Source: Torpedo marmorata (taxonomy: Eukaryota). Taken from it: a DNA stretch of 64,000 bases. The DNA lies in assembly GCA_977017645.1 (NCBI GenBank), contig OZ360223.1, positions 37,572,001-37,636,000 on the forward strand, read 5' to 3'. The stretch's first letter is position 1; every line of letters begins with the position of its first letter. Position numbers and translations under genes: made by a program. The notes under the pieces are model-generated. The model did no database searches. It was given only the letters and a program-made list of their open reading frames with translations, and had not been told where the DNA came from. Of the stretch, positions 51,326-64,000 are shown in pieces.

Positions 51326-52039
51326 AAATTACCTGTAGTGCCACAGATGTATCCCTGCCACTTCTTTTATAACATTGGAAATTTCTTGGATTCCATGTGT
51401 AGAAATGGTTTGAGGAAATAAGTATTCATGATTTATTGGTATTAAGAACATTCTCATGGAACAGTGTGATGAACTGCTTATGTTGAAGTTTAGCTCTGTA
51501 ATCTAGGTCATGTTTTTAATGTGACTGAAATCTTAATTATTATTGTTGACATAACAAAGCTGGAGTCTAAATTTCTGCTCTTCAGCATTACTCAAAATTG
51601 AAGCTTCAGTAGTTAATTCTAGCTACTTTGCTTAACATGGTGTCTTATGATTTGATGATTACACACCTATTTTTGGCTCTGAAAATAACGATCTATCCAG
51701 CCCAGAAAGTTAGAATAAAGTTTAAAAATTGCTTTGGATCTTGGCTGTGATTTTCAGTTATGGAGCACTTCACATTAATATATCTTGAAGTTCCTCAAGC
51801 AATGGGAGCTTTCGGTGAGCAAAGATTGTATAAAAATAGTTTTCCAAATCTCTGTAGTCTCAACTAATATGGGTGGACTTTTGTTGCTAGGGGCAGGTTT
51901 CATGCGTACACTTCTTGATATTTATCATGAAAAAAAGGCCAGAAACTAAGCAAAACTGTCATCAAAGAGAAAGATTTATTTAGTGGGGGAAGAATGATCA
52001 TACTGATGAAGAGCTCTGAAATAATGGGGTCTGGAATGT

Positions 52040-52900
52040 CAGATTTATTACTGGTGCTGAGTAACTTGTCTATGCTGACCAAGTTGATCACCCAAGCCAG
52101 TTCCAATTGTCTGTGTTTGGCCCATATCTCTCTAAAGCTTTCCTACCCATGTCCCTGTCTGAATTTCTTCAAATTGTTGCAATTGTACCCGCCTTCCACT
52201 TCCTCAAGCAGCTTGTACCATATACCCACCATCCTCACGTGGAAAATGGTGCTCTTCAGGTCCTTTTTAAATCCCCTTTCATCTTAAATCTATGGCCTCT
52301 AGTTTTAGATTTCCCCACCATGACAAAAAAATGATGACAATATGCCTTAACCATGCCTCTTATGATTTTATAAACCTCTAAGGACTCCCTTCAGATCCTA
52401 CACTCCAGGAACTAAAGCCTGAGCCTTATTAGCACCTCCCAATTCAAGCCCGTCAGACCTAGTAGCATTTTCGTGAATCTTTTTTGCAACCTTTCCAGTT
52501 TAATGATATCTTTCCTATAGTTGGGTGACAAGAACTATGCATCCAAGTTTGGTCTCATCAATATCCTGCATTCAGTGCCCTGACTAATGAAAGCCAGGGT
52601 GCCAATGCCTTCTTCATTACCCTGTTTACCTATGTCACCACTTTCATGGAACTATGTACTTGTACCCTGAAGTCTCTCTGTTCTACAACACTCTTCAAGA
52701 CCCTACCATTCACTGCAAGTCCTGCACAGGTTTAACCTACCAAAGTGCAATACTGCACACTTGTCCAAGTTTAATTCCATCTGCCATTCCTTGGCCTGCA
52801 TTCCAAGTTCATCTAGATCCTGTTGTTATCTCAGATAACCTTCGCTGTCCATGATACCACCAATTTTGGTGTCATCCACAAACTTACCAACCATAGTTGC
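52040..52900 (-). mobile_element. CR1 3' fragment
   Basis: Homologous to 8514-9420. Confidence 0.75.
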
Positions 52901-53476
52901 TGCAGTCACTACCATTCATAAAATCCCAATGCAAGTTCTCACACACGTTTCAAGTCAGTAATCTCAACCACCAAGGAGGACAAATAGAGTGGGTGTATGG
53001 TAACCTTGCCGAACATCCTGTTTGAAATATATTGCTGGACCTTCATTCTTTCTGTATCTAGATATTAGAATTTCTGGCCCAAAGTACAGCTGGAGTACTT
53101 TTATCAGAGGGACTGCAGCAGTTCAAGAAGGTGGCTCATCACCACTTTCCTAAAGACAATTAATGGCGGGTAATCAATGCTAACCTTGTCAGTAATGCCC
53201 AGTTCCTGAAATTGAAGGAAAAAATAGACCCTAAACTTAAAATTGCAAATTTATCAGAGAATCTTGAGCATGGTATATAAGAGATGCAAATGAGCCTATT
53301 TCCATAATAAGATTCATTTAATAAGATATATGACTTCAAATTCAGATAGCATACCAGTTTAAAAGTAGCTTAAAGTTTCCTTAGAATTTCTACAATTTTC
53401 TGAATGGCTTGTTTATTTGGATTTTTCAAAGAAATTTAAAAATTACATGCCATTAATAGTTTAAGTTTTTGAATAT

Positions 53477-53940
53477 ATTCATTCATTCATTCATTCAGGT
53501 GCCTTGCCGTTCGGCGTGGGCAATCATGTCTCTCCATCCGTCACGGACTCTGACCCTCCGAATTGTAGTTGTTGCCTCCCCTGTTCTCCTTCGGTGAAGG
53601 CTCTGTCTTTGAGCTGAGACCGTAGTCGATGTTTAGTTCTGATTATACAAGGGAAAAATACTGAAGTGGTTTCCCGTTGCCGCCTTCAGTTGCAGTGTCC
53701 ATACAGGACGGGTAACCCTGGCCATTGATCAGCAGATTCATCTGCCCAGCGTTTTTAGTTTTACAACCATAAATTCCAATTGTAGAATCTGCTTGTAAAA
53801 ACCATCCGCCATCTGCAATCCATGGCTTCACGTGACCCTGATTGGGAGGCTAAACAGGTTGCCCAAGGGTGACCTGTAGGCTATCGGATGGAAGGAGCGC
53901 CTTACACCTCCTTTTGCTGAGCAATTGCGCAGCGCCAACA
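53477..53940 (-). mobile_element. Unclassified short retroposon with (TGAA)n tail, possibly RTE-related
   Basis: GC-richer block ending in (attc)n on plus; contains ggcaacgggaaaccac on minus. Confidence 0.45.
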
Positions 53941-55926
53941 CCGGTTTGAATATATTAGACACATGTAAACTTTGGATATTTTTGAGAGATTAACACTTAA
54001 GATCTTTCTGGCTAAGTATGGCAGCCTAACCATACTGTAGCGTACAAAGCAAAAAAGTAAGCAAGTAACATATGTAAGTAACCAACGCCAATAATCTTGG
54101 GTGGCATACACTTTCATGTAGGTCAGACAAATCAAATGAACAAAAGTAGTCTTGGCGACATGTTTTATAGTGTGTTTGGGTCAGTTTTTTTAGAACGCCA
54201 CCCTCTGAACAGCCTATTTTAAATATAATCATGTGCACTAAGACAATTGCTAAATGATCTCAGAGTAATCCTCTGAGGAAGAATGATCATAATATGATAG
54301 AATCTACATTCATTTTTTATAATTTAAATAAATGTAATTATAAAGGAATGAAGGGGGAGTTGGCTAAAGTGAACTGTGAAAATATATTTTTATATAAGAC
54401 AATAGATGAGCAATAGCAGATATAATTCTCAAGAAGAAATTCCAGCGAGATATAAAGATCAAGAAGAATGAACTAAGGAAGGAAAGAATGGGTTCAAATT
54501 GAAATTAACGAGATTAAACGGAAGCTTGGAGGTTTAGAAAATTTTAGAAAGCAGCAAAGGATGACTAAAATAACATAGAGGAGAATATACGGTAACCAAC
54601 CAAGAATTTAACCAACCAAGTATTTAAAAATGGGAGAGTATGTATTGGTTCTTTAAGAGCATGTATAGGGAATTTTTAGGGGTATTTAAAAATGGGAGAG
54701 GCTTTCTTCATAGAAAAAGAACTTGGCCATCTCAATAATGATAGAAAGTCAGGTGCAAGAGGAAGGGTAGAACTTAAGACAATCTCATCATGAGAAAAAG
54801 TACAAGGCTGGCAATTCCCTTACATATGATGACCTGCATTCCTGGAATCTTGCAAGAAATGAGTGACTGGAGAAAGTAGATGTTTCACTTGCGATCTAAA
54901 TTTCTTTACATTTTGGAGGCCTACTGGATTGAGCAACCTCAAATGTTATGCCACAATGAAAGGAGAGGGACAGAAAGCTGTAGTAGTAGTTGTAATATTG
55001 TTTTATGAAAGGGACTAAGTATTAATGCAGGTGTATTAGTTAGTTAGTAAGAGTGAGTCTCAGTCAACTGGAAAATTCGCATTTCCGGCATCCACGATCC
55101 CCATAGGTGCCGGATAATGGGGATTTTACTGTATATGTTGCTTGATTGTGTATTTTTTAATTTTAGTTTCTGTAATCTTTCTTTTTTTTTGCAATTTTTG
55201 GCTATCCAGAAACAGATTGGTTTTGAAGTTTACTTTGATATTTTTTACCACATCTTTTTCATTGCTTCATATCACCATAGATTGAGTGCATTTATTAAAG
55301 TCTAATTAGTTTATAATTACCGGTACTATTGATATGGTTTGTTTCAATTGTAGTATTGGTTGGCTTTACTTTGTTAATTTAACTGATGAGGATTTTGTGA
55401 TTCCATGAACCACAGAGCCAGAAAAAATTAAACTGATAATGGAATTTCAGTTGCCTCAGTTTTTGGCATGCAGCAGCAAGATAGAGGCTTTACCTGGGTA
55501 ATCCCATTAGTGCCTCACATCTGAAATACTGTTCACAGCATCGTATGCAGTTTCAGATGCAGTATAATTTGTATGTATTATTGGAAAGAAGAATGTATGC
55601 TTCTTTGTTAATTCATTTCAGATTTTGTGGGAACTATGATTTTAGAAATTAGGACTGTGAACTTCCGTTCACTTGGTATGTCAAGCCTTGACCTCTTGGT
55701 TACTAAATTTCCAGTTGAATATACTTATTTGAAATTATCTTCCTTGCAGGTGTTTTACCGCTAAAGCAAATATTATTTATTTCTGAAGGCTTCATCTCTG
55801 TTTTGTAGCTTTATTTTGTATCATTGTACACTTAAGTTAAATGTTTGATTACATCACTGTTTTATTCATGTAACTGGAATAATAAAGTTGCTTATTAGTT
55901 TATTTCAGATCTAGACTCTTCAAGTA

Positions 55927-56458
55927 CAGATAGACCCCGACTTATGATGTTCCGACTTACGATATTTCGAAGTTACGATGGTCAGAATCCGTACTTTCGA
56001 TTTCAAGTTCCGATGTTTCCCCGCACTTGCGATACACGGCCGCCCGCACATACTAACTCCCGACGCCTCGGTTGCCCGCGCATACTAACGCCCGACGCCA
56101 TGGCCGCCCCCACAACTGAGCTCCCGACGCCACGGGCCGCATCCGAGCTCCCGGCGCCATGGGCCGCATCCGAACCTGTGTCTGAACATTCCATTCCATT
56201 CATTTAATAATTGTTTCTACACTTACATCAAGATTGGGTCTTTTTGTGTAGCTCTTGTTATTTCCACTGCTTATTTTCTTTTGCCTGGAGAGTATTAACT
56301 GTTTTCAATGATTTTCTGTGGCTTATTCCAGGAATGCATGATAAGACTGTCACAGTATGTTTATTTTTGATCTGTACAGATAGACCCCAACTTACGATAT
56401 TTTCGACGTACGATGGAAGTCCCGGAACCGAACCCCATCGTAAGTCGGGGTCTACCTG
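55927..56458. mobile_element. Tigger/pogo-like MITE with an internal extra TIR
   Basis: TA|CAGATAGACCCCGACTTA...TAAGTCGGGGTCTACCTG|TA, with a second TA|CAGATAGACCCCAACTTACG at 56377. Confidence 0.85.
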
Positions 56459-56647
56459 TATTTGTTCAGGCTTCTTTTGGAGATATTAAGGTACCACTGG
56501 TGCAACATGTACAAGTACCATTTTCAGTTCATGGAAGTTTTGGTTACAATCTTTGTATTTTTCAAAGAGAGCATGAGTTAACTCTTATGAATACTTTCAG
56601 GATTGATTGACCTCAATGAACATGTATTTGTAGTAGAGATGATCGCA

Positions 56648-56895
56648 GGCGGCACGGTTGGCGTAGCTGTTAGCGCAGCACCTTTACAGTGCCAGCGATT
56701 GGGACCGGGGTTCAAATCCCGCGCTGTCTGTAAGGAGTTTGTACGTTCTCCCCGTGTCTGCGTGGGTTTTCCCCGGGGGCTCCGGTTTCCTCCCACCATT
56801 CGAAACGTACCAGAGGTGTAGGTTAATTGGGTGTAAATTGGGCGGCATGGTCTCGTGGGCCGAAATGGCCTGTTACAGTGCTGTATGTCTAAATT
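56648..56895 (+). mobile_element. tRNA-derived V-SINE (HE1-like), CpG-rich copy
   Basis: A/B-box-like head (ggttcaaatccc), V-domain and CR1-type tail. A partial head is repeated immediately downstream. Confidence 0.85.
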
Positions 56896-58449
56896 TGGGC
56901 GGCATGGTTGGCATAGTGGTTGTATCATGATGATGATGTGGGTCTGAGAGAGTTGAAGTTGCAACATAATAGATTCACTGTACCTTTTGGGGACATTTTA
57001 TTTTATTCATGTTCATGATATTCATCTTGGTGTCACAGACAAGGCTAGCATTTATAGTCCAATTTTAATTGCGCTTATTGGTGGTATTTCAGATTGTATT
57101 TAAGAATTCATCACATTGGTAAGTCTGGTAACAAATAATGGCCAGGCCAGATAAAAATGTCACTTTGGTGAGCTAGATGTGTTTTAACAATTTGCAACAT
57201 TAGTTATTTTGTGGTTATCATTATAATTTATGAGTTTTCCTAAATTGAGATTATTAGCTAAATTTAAATTTCACAGTTACAACGGTAGGATTTGAACTCT
57301 GGTTTCTGGATTATTAGTATAGGTTTCTGTGTTGCTAGTCCAGTAACCATATCCCATGTCATGTTGCTAAGAAAATTAGTTCACCCGTTATTCAAGTTTA
57401 AAATGATCCACCCATTCACCAATGCTTTCAAGGGACAGAATTTTGCAGCTTTATTTTTGGCCACTTCAAGACTGATGGTGATGGTATGTGCAAATTGAAG
57501 ATGAGGAGTTGCAGAACTGGCTCTGAAGAAATGATAGTTGATGACAATTCATAGGACAAGATATTGAATTTTAATTTTTGCCCCAGCATGTCCTTTGTCG
57601 TTCTCGTACACTTATCTTTTCAATCCCTATTTAGGTCATGTCTTCATGCTAATTGTACATGCTTTGGTGAAAATTACTTTTGATGATTCTGCATATCTAG
57701 AGATAATACCAATGCTGAAATTTGACTCCAGTTGGAGAAGTATAATAAGGAGTTATTGGAAATGAAATTAAGCATGCTCTGGGGTTTTAAAAGAAGTTAT
57801 TAATGAAGGTTTAAAAGCCAGATAATTATGGAATGGGAAAGAAAATAATTAAACTGTACACAGGGACTCTGGGTTACAGATGACCTGACTTAAGGAAATC
57901 TGACTTTGTGCAAATTCTGCCATAAATTTTTAAAGAATTATGCAAGATAGCAATAATAATAAATATTGCACGGTAATCATCAACAACTGGATGCAGTATA
58001 TTATCCATTTGTTTAATTATGTGTAGTGTTAGAGTGAAATGAAATAACTATTGGAAGTGGATGCAGAGTATTATGATACAAGTAGCTGTAAAAAAACATT
58101 TCTGACAGGAAAAAAATCAGTTTATGGGCAGTTCTCAGGAACAGAACCCTTGCAAAAACCTTGGACTGTCCTGTAGTTCTAAACAATTGTTTCATCTCTG
58201 TTTATAATCTTGAGATTCTGTTTAAAAAGGAACCTTGTAATGTTTTAATGAATTGCTGTCAGTAATTAAAACTAGTGGTATTCATCCTTATGGGTTATGA
58301 TCTTTCATCAAATTGGAAAAAGTTCAAGTTGGAAGTAAATTTGAATAGCAATAGGGGAATGGAATGAATAAATCTGGAATTGGGAGAAAGTAGTAGAGAT
58401 CAAATCACAAAAAGCTTGTTACTAATCAAAAGAAGGTGATATAATGATG

Positions 58450-58885
58450 TAATAACAAAAGTGCTGGAGAAACTCAGCAGGTAACGCAGTGTCTATAGGA
58501 AGCAAAGGTATATAACTAATGTTTCGGGCCTGAGCCTTTTGTCAAGATGCTTGAATAAAAAGGTGGGGGGAGAATAGGAGAGGAGGGAACAAGGTGCAAG
58601 GGGAGGTGCACAGGCCAACAGGCAAGTAGTTATAGGTGGATATTGGTGGGAGGGCAGAAGAGAATAAAGCTGAGAAGTGATGGGGAACGGGGATAGCTCT
58701 GAATAGAGAGGGAAGGGGGTGGGGAGCTGGAGGAAAGGAGACAGAGGGATAGGGAAAGAGAGAGAGAGATAAGGAGGGGTCTAACAGAAACTGGAGGTCA
58801 ATGGAGAACTCTCCATCTGGTTGGAGAGTGCCCAGACAGAACATTAGGAGTTCCTCCAGTTTGTGGGTAGCCTCAGTTTGGTGGT
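58450..58885 (-). mobile_element. Penelope-like element 3' end/pLTR (older subfamily)
   Basis: ORF reads FCLGTLQPDG; degenerate hammerhead motif near 58512-58549. Confidence 0.75.
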
Positions 58886-59049
58886 GTCAGTTTCGGGGTT
58901 TGCTGAATCTTGGTGGTCAGTGGTGCTATTCATTTCTTTAATATTTTAGTGGCAACCTTGGTGGTTCTTAAAGCAACTTCTTTCTTAGTGACTGCCTTGA
59001 TTATAGCCACAGACTGCCTCAAGTCACGGACAGCAAGGCGACTCAGAGG

Positions 59050-59695
59050 TGGATATTCTGTAGTGCGACTCATTGTTGTTGCTGATGCGGCCAACTACTA
59101 TTGTGTCACCTGCAAACTTGATGACTGTTGGAGCTGGATCTGGCATTGCAGTTGTGGGTAGTACCGTGAACAGGAGCAGGCTGAGCACACAGCCATGAGG
59201 TGCGCCAGTGCTCAGCGTGTTGGTGCTCGATGTTCTGCGACTGAGCCAAACAGACTGTAGTCTTTCCGTTAGGAAGTCCAGAATGCAGTTACAGAGAATG
59301 GTGTTAAGTCCCAGCGAGGACAGCTTCTCCACCAGTTTCTGGGGAATGATCGCATTAAATGCAAAGCTGGTTGATGCCTGGTGTATGAGGCGTCGTTCAC
59401 CAGGTGGGTCAGGACGGAGTGAAGGGACAGGGCTATAGCATCATCAGTGGAAAGGTTTCTTCTATAGGCGAATTGAAATGGGTCCAGTATCTCTGGGAGG
59501 TGCGCTTTGATGTGTTCCATCACCAGACGCTCAAAGTATTTTATAATGGTGGAGGTCAGTGCCACTGTGAGTAGTCATTAAGGCCTGTTACTGTCACCCT
59601 CTTTGGTACCAGAATAATGGTGGTTATACTGAAACCTGCGGAGACAGTGGACTGCTGAGGTGTTAAAGATATCCGTAAAGACCTCCGTCAGTTAC
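59050..59695 (-). mobile_element. Rex/Babar-type LINE RT segment
   Basis: [38 protein letters not shown]. Confidence 0.8.
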
Positions 59696-59720
59696 CTTTG
59701 AGGCACCTTCAAGTTCCTCT

Positions 59721-60582
59721 CATCAGATCAGATACTATTTATTGTAATATAATAAAAACAGAAATGTAATATTAAATTAAATTGCCTTTAGTTTGCAATA
59801 AGGCAGACAAAGATTCGCCATTGTCATTGCCCAGCACCCTTAACAATAAGAGAAAGAGAAGCAAAAGAAAGTCCCCTCAGAGTCAATGGGTGCCCATGGA
59901 TTCGCCTCCAGTGCTCCCGCAACCTCTGCAGCCGCACGAGACTCCAGTTCAGTTCAAACCATCGGCAACCCGAGCCCAGATCCAAACCTTCGATACAATG
60001 AGGAAGCCTTCAGCATCCGGGGCCCTTCAGGAGCCTTCTTGCCCTCAGCACCCCCTCGAATCCTGGTTCCGATACCTGGTTCTCATGTGCCAGTCTCCAG
60101 CAGCCCACAGCCTAGTATAAGTCCTTTGACCTCAAGTTGCTGCAGCCTGTGTGGCGTCCTCGCCCGCAAGTTGCCAACAGTTCGCTACCTGTGTGGATCC
60201 TTCAGCCGCAGAGCTCCTTGCTGGTCCGCTACCGTGGTCATCGTCCTTAGGGTCGTCTCCTCTGCTTCTCCTTCTCAACGGGGGTGTTCTCCCCGTTACT
60301 GGTGCCCTGTGCCAGTCAGCTGCTCCCCTGGAGTTTGCAATCCCTCGTGGCCGCTGCTGAACACAGGCGCCACCTGGGCCCAGACCCCGCGCTCGTAGGA
60401 TTTTAAATAAAACAACGTCGGGTCCTTTAACAAACCGTTGAAAGCCTGTACGGAGTCGTCAGCAGTAGGACTGAGCGGTAGGACCCTGTGGGGGAGCACT
60501 GTGTCTCCACTCCCCGTTCTCCCCGAATCCGCACCAGTGGTAGCGTTGCCATTACAGCAGCTCCAGTAGCGCCGCCACGTCA
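59721..60582 (-). mobile_element. Unclassified GC-rich non-autonomous retroposon with (TCTGA)n-type tail
   Basis: GC/CpG-rich block with aataaa..tctgatctgat at its minus-strand 3' end; it interrupts Rex-type sequence. Confidence 0.5.
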
Positions 60583-60584
60583 AG

Positions 60585-61210
60585 TCAACTATAAAAAAGG
60601 CACACCAAATACCTATACTTTCTAAGGAGATTCAGGATGTCGTGAAATACTCTATAAAATTTCTACAGGTGCACTGTGAAAAGTGTACTGACTGGTTGCT
60701 TCAGATCCTGGTTTGGTAGTTTGAGTGCCCAGGAATGCAGAAGGTAGCAAACACAGCCAGGTCCATCACAGGTTCCAACCTCCCACACATTGAAGACATC
60801 TATGTCAGGGAATATAACAAATATCATAAATGAGCCCCATCACCCTGGTCACAACCTCTTCTCACTGCTATTTTCCCGTAGAAAGTACAGAAGTCTAAAG
60901 ACCAGCACCTCTTGTTTCAAGAACAGTTTCTTTCCAATGACTATCAAGCTCTTGAACCTCCTCATGTTACACAAATCATGGACTGCTCTGACACGACAAA
61001 AGAATTGTCTTCACTATTGTCACGGCACTTTTTTTCTTGCACTCTGGTAACTAAATATTTATTATCTTTTGTATTTATGATCTCTTTAATTTAATGCACA
61101 GTACACTATTGTAGTTGTCTTTTTTTTCATGAAGTATCTGTTTGGCTGCAAGTAAGAATTTCGGTGAATATGTCCATTGCACAATATATATGACGATAAA
61201 CGTATCATTA
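60585..61210 (+). mobile_element. Rex/Babar-type LINE 3' part
   Basis: FYRCTVKSVLTG, HPGHNLFSLL..FKNSFFP and the 3' tail. Confidence 0.8.
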
Positions 61211-61365
61211 TCAAAGCTACGATTTTGGGGTAAATCAGAGTTCTTTGTGATGCTCTGGCTTATACTTACTGTTCTTTAACCAGCTTCATTCAAACACATT
61301 ATCCTACCATTACCACAGTATTGATTGAGGATCTTGTAATGTGTTACATTTCTAAGTTTATGTTT

Positions 61366-61607
61366 AATTTAGAGATACAACACGGTAACAGGCCCTTCCG
61401 GCCCACGAGCCCGTGCCACCCAAATACTCCAATTATCCTACAAACCCCGTACATTTTTAGAGGGTGGGAGGAAACCGGAGCACCTGGAAGAAACCCACGC
61501 AGAGATGGGGGAAATGTACAGACTCCTTACAGACAGTGCTGGATTCAAACCCGGTTCGCAGGCACTGTAATAGCGTTGCACTAACCGCTACGCTAACTGC
61601 GCCACCC
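61366..61607 (-). mobile_element. tRNA-derived V-SINE (HE1-like)
   Basis: Reverse complement of the 56648-56895 family. Confidence 0.85.
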
Positions 61608-61661
61608 TTTAGTTTTGAAAAATATAACTTGTAATTTGTTGGGAGAAATAATTCTTGTGTA

Positions 61662-62400
61662 CAGGTATGCGCCGCTTAACGTCTGATCGGGCAACGTCCG
61701 ACCTCATATATGTCAGTGGTCCGATAGGGTTATAATGGAGTTCAGTCAGAAATCCCGATCGGAGAACGCGAGAATGGGACGTAGCGGACGTAACCGAAAC
61801 TGAAGAAGAGGCAAGGGAAAAGGAAACTGCAGAAGGAGAAGAAGAACAGGTGCAGAAGAGGTTCACTGTTAAGGGGTTAGCCAAATTCTTTGCAGACCTT
61901 AACAGCTTGCTGAAGAGATGGACCCAAACACTGAATGCTTTTCACTGATAGAGAGGAATGCTCATGCAGTGTTTGCTGCATATAAAGAAATTTATGAAGA
62001 AAAGAAAAAGCAAACTAGGCAAACACTGGACATATTCCTGAAGAAGCCAACACCTCCCCAAGAAGAGCCTCAGCCAGGTCCTTCAGGCATTACAGAGTGA
62101 CAGTTAATCAATGGAGGTTATTCGACCTGAAACTCTTCCAGTGGATCACTGAGGAAGTTGAGAACAGTGATGTGGATGATCCTGATCCTCTTTGTTAAAT
62201 TGTGTGATTATAGGCTAATAAAGTGTTTACATAAAAGTTTAAAAAGTGAAAAAAAAATTAAACAGTTTAATTTATCATAAGTTCAGTATCCCATATAGTT
62301 TTGCTAAGTATATACAATAATATGGTGTTCGCACAAGGTCCACATCACATAACGCCCAGTTTCACAGAACGTATCGTGGATGTTAAGCGGCGCACACCTG
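61662..62400 (+). mobile_element. Tigger-like transposon deletion derivative
   Basis: TA|CAGGTATGCGCCGCTTAAC...GTTAAGCGGCGCACACCTG|TA. Transposase C-terminus reads MDPNTECF..YKEIYEEKKKQTRQTLDIFLKK. Confidence 0.85.
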
Positions 62401-62960
62401 TATTTGTATGAATTTTTCCTTTGGCATTTTTGTTTCTCCTCATCTCCCAGAAAGAAGAAAAAATACTGACAAATATATCGATGTTGATGTGCCAATGAGC
62501 AGGGTCATTTTCCCAATCTGCTGATCCTAACCCAAAATAAAATGAATGTTAATGAATGTTAATATCAATCATTGTGACATTTACCAGAGCTGTAAGTTAT
62601 TTTCGTTTTGAACAGAAGTCTTATGAAATCGAATGATCCTGAAGAAATGGAAAGAAAATTGAGGACATTGATGCCGCACATTGGAAGCAAAACATATTTG
62701 AGTCCTATTCAATATCAAGTGTTGATAATAATTTCACATCCAAGTTTATGGATCTTTATTTGCTTTATACAACCCCATTAAATATTACAAAAGTCAAAGT
62801 TGCATTTAAGTTGTATGTATAGAATGTCTGGGATGGTTGTGGTTAACGAGAAGCTTCTATAAGATTATGGTTTTATAGCATTGCCAAAAGTATGTTAACA
62901 TCCTATTGTTTCATGTCAATTCCAGGTGATGCTTAGATAAAATGCCTGATTATCTTGCAG

Positions 62961-63207
62961 GTTGCACAGAGCATTGAAGATCACCATCAAGAAGTGATAG
63001 CCTTCTGCAGAGAGAATGGTTTCCATGGTCTGCTTGCTTATGACTCGGATTATGCATTGTGTAACATCCAGTACTATTTCAGTGCCCATGCCCTTAAACT
63101 GAGCAGGAATGGCAAAAGCCTCACTACCAGCCAATACCTGATGCATGAAGTTGCCAAGCAACTGGATCTGAATCCGAGTCGCTTTGTTATCTTTGCTGCA
63201 CTCTTAG
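62961..63207 (+). CDS. FAM120A: FAM120A coding exon 2
   Basis: ttgcag acceptor; VAQSIEDHHQEVIAFCRENGFHGLLAYDSDYALCNI...FAALL(G); 247 nt; donor GTGGGT; in frame with exon 1. Confidence 0.97.
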
Positions 63208-63680
63208 GTGGGTGAATATATTTTCTGTGAAAGCAAATTTGGAATATTGTAAGTTGGGTGAGGAAATAGTTTCTTGTCCATGGTTTTAGAATATAATTCA
63301 ATTTAAAATGTGTAGTGTAAAAATTTCCAAAATATTTTGTGTGTTGTGTAAAATGTTTTACAGTTTTGAAATGCTTGAAGATGTTTTTAAAATTTCTTAA
63401 TGGGCAACTATCTTTCTTTAAATGTTTATTTACTCCTTAGATTGCTTTCCATCATGATTTAGTCAATTTGATTTCTTGGTACCATTTTTTGGCTATCATA
63501 TGAGAGTAACCTGGGTGATTTAAGCAAGAATCGTAACATTACCTTAGTCACTGTAAAATGGACTTCAAATTATACAGTCCAGCTCATGTTAAAATTGTCC
63601 AGAAATAGAATAGTTACAATGTGATAGACATTATTGAAGTAATCATTAATAGCAACCCAGTTGGTCAGGAGGAGGATCTA

Positions 63681-64000
63681 CCGTATATTTCGGCGTACAA
63701 GTCGACCTTCAGATAAGTTGGGTCCCCATTTTCAGCCTCATTTTCATGGTTTTGTGGCGGCCCGCCGCCGCGGCGATCGAGCCGGCGCTCCGGGCGGTGA
63801 GCGCAACCAAAGGCCAGCAGCCCGCGCAGCGGCACTGGCCCCAACAAGCGAACCGGCGGGTGAACAGCAAGGGCAGCGACCCCAAAATGGCGCTGGCCTT
63901 GCTGCGCAGCCAACAGACAGGGACAGCGCGCGGGGAAGAAGGGTATTGTTATGCAGGAAAGTACCCGCGCGCGGGAAACCCGCTTTTGTTATGCATGTTG
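63681..64000. mobile_element. Tc2/pogo-like element, left end (cut by window)
   Basis: TA|CCGTATATTTCGGCGTACAAGTCGACC, the same TIR as 41518. Confidence 0.8.

Noticed and set aside
56648-56725. tRNA-like sequence
   Set aside because: It is the head of a V-SINE, followed by the V-domain and a LINE tail, and lacks a proper cloverleaf. The same applies at 51075 and 61540.
59782-60583. Several 70-170 aa ORFs
   Set aside because: They lie in a GC-rich repeat-like insert, with no splice context or recognisable domain.

Overview
Eukaryotic, intron-rich and TE-dense vertebrate DNA, most likely from a cartilaginous fish. That origin is inferred from its mix of V-SINE/HE1-type SINEs, CR1, Rex/Babar, L1 and Penelope-like repeats. 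Two host genes lie on the + strand in the order known from human 9q22: the last four coding exons and 3' UTR of WNK2 (5282-~24030), and the CpG-island promoter plus coding exons 1-2 of FAM120A (38480-63207, continuing past the window). Between them is a 4.2-kb endogenous retrovirus (29092-33303) with two LTRs, a TCTC target-site duplication, a tRNA-Ser primer-binding site and a PPT. It keeps decayed RNase H, integrase and env but has no gag, pro or RT, and it is inserted in the GIY-YIG motif of a Penelope-like element. A second, unrelated ERV pol relic lies next to it. Other notable structure: minimal hammerhead-ribozyme motifs in several Penelope-like copies; a twin-primed (5'-inverted) L1 with a 16-bp TSD; a probable inverted Rex/Babar copy; piggyBac, Harbinger, Tc1, Tc2-like and Tigger-like elements with visible TIRs/TSDs; two uORFs in frame with FAM120A; and symmetric cassette exons in WNK2. 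I see no prokaryotic-type system (CRISPR, operon) and no clearly new protein-coding gene. Family names are from recognition, not database searches, and boundaries of degraded repeats are approximate.
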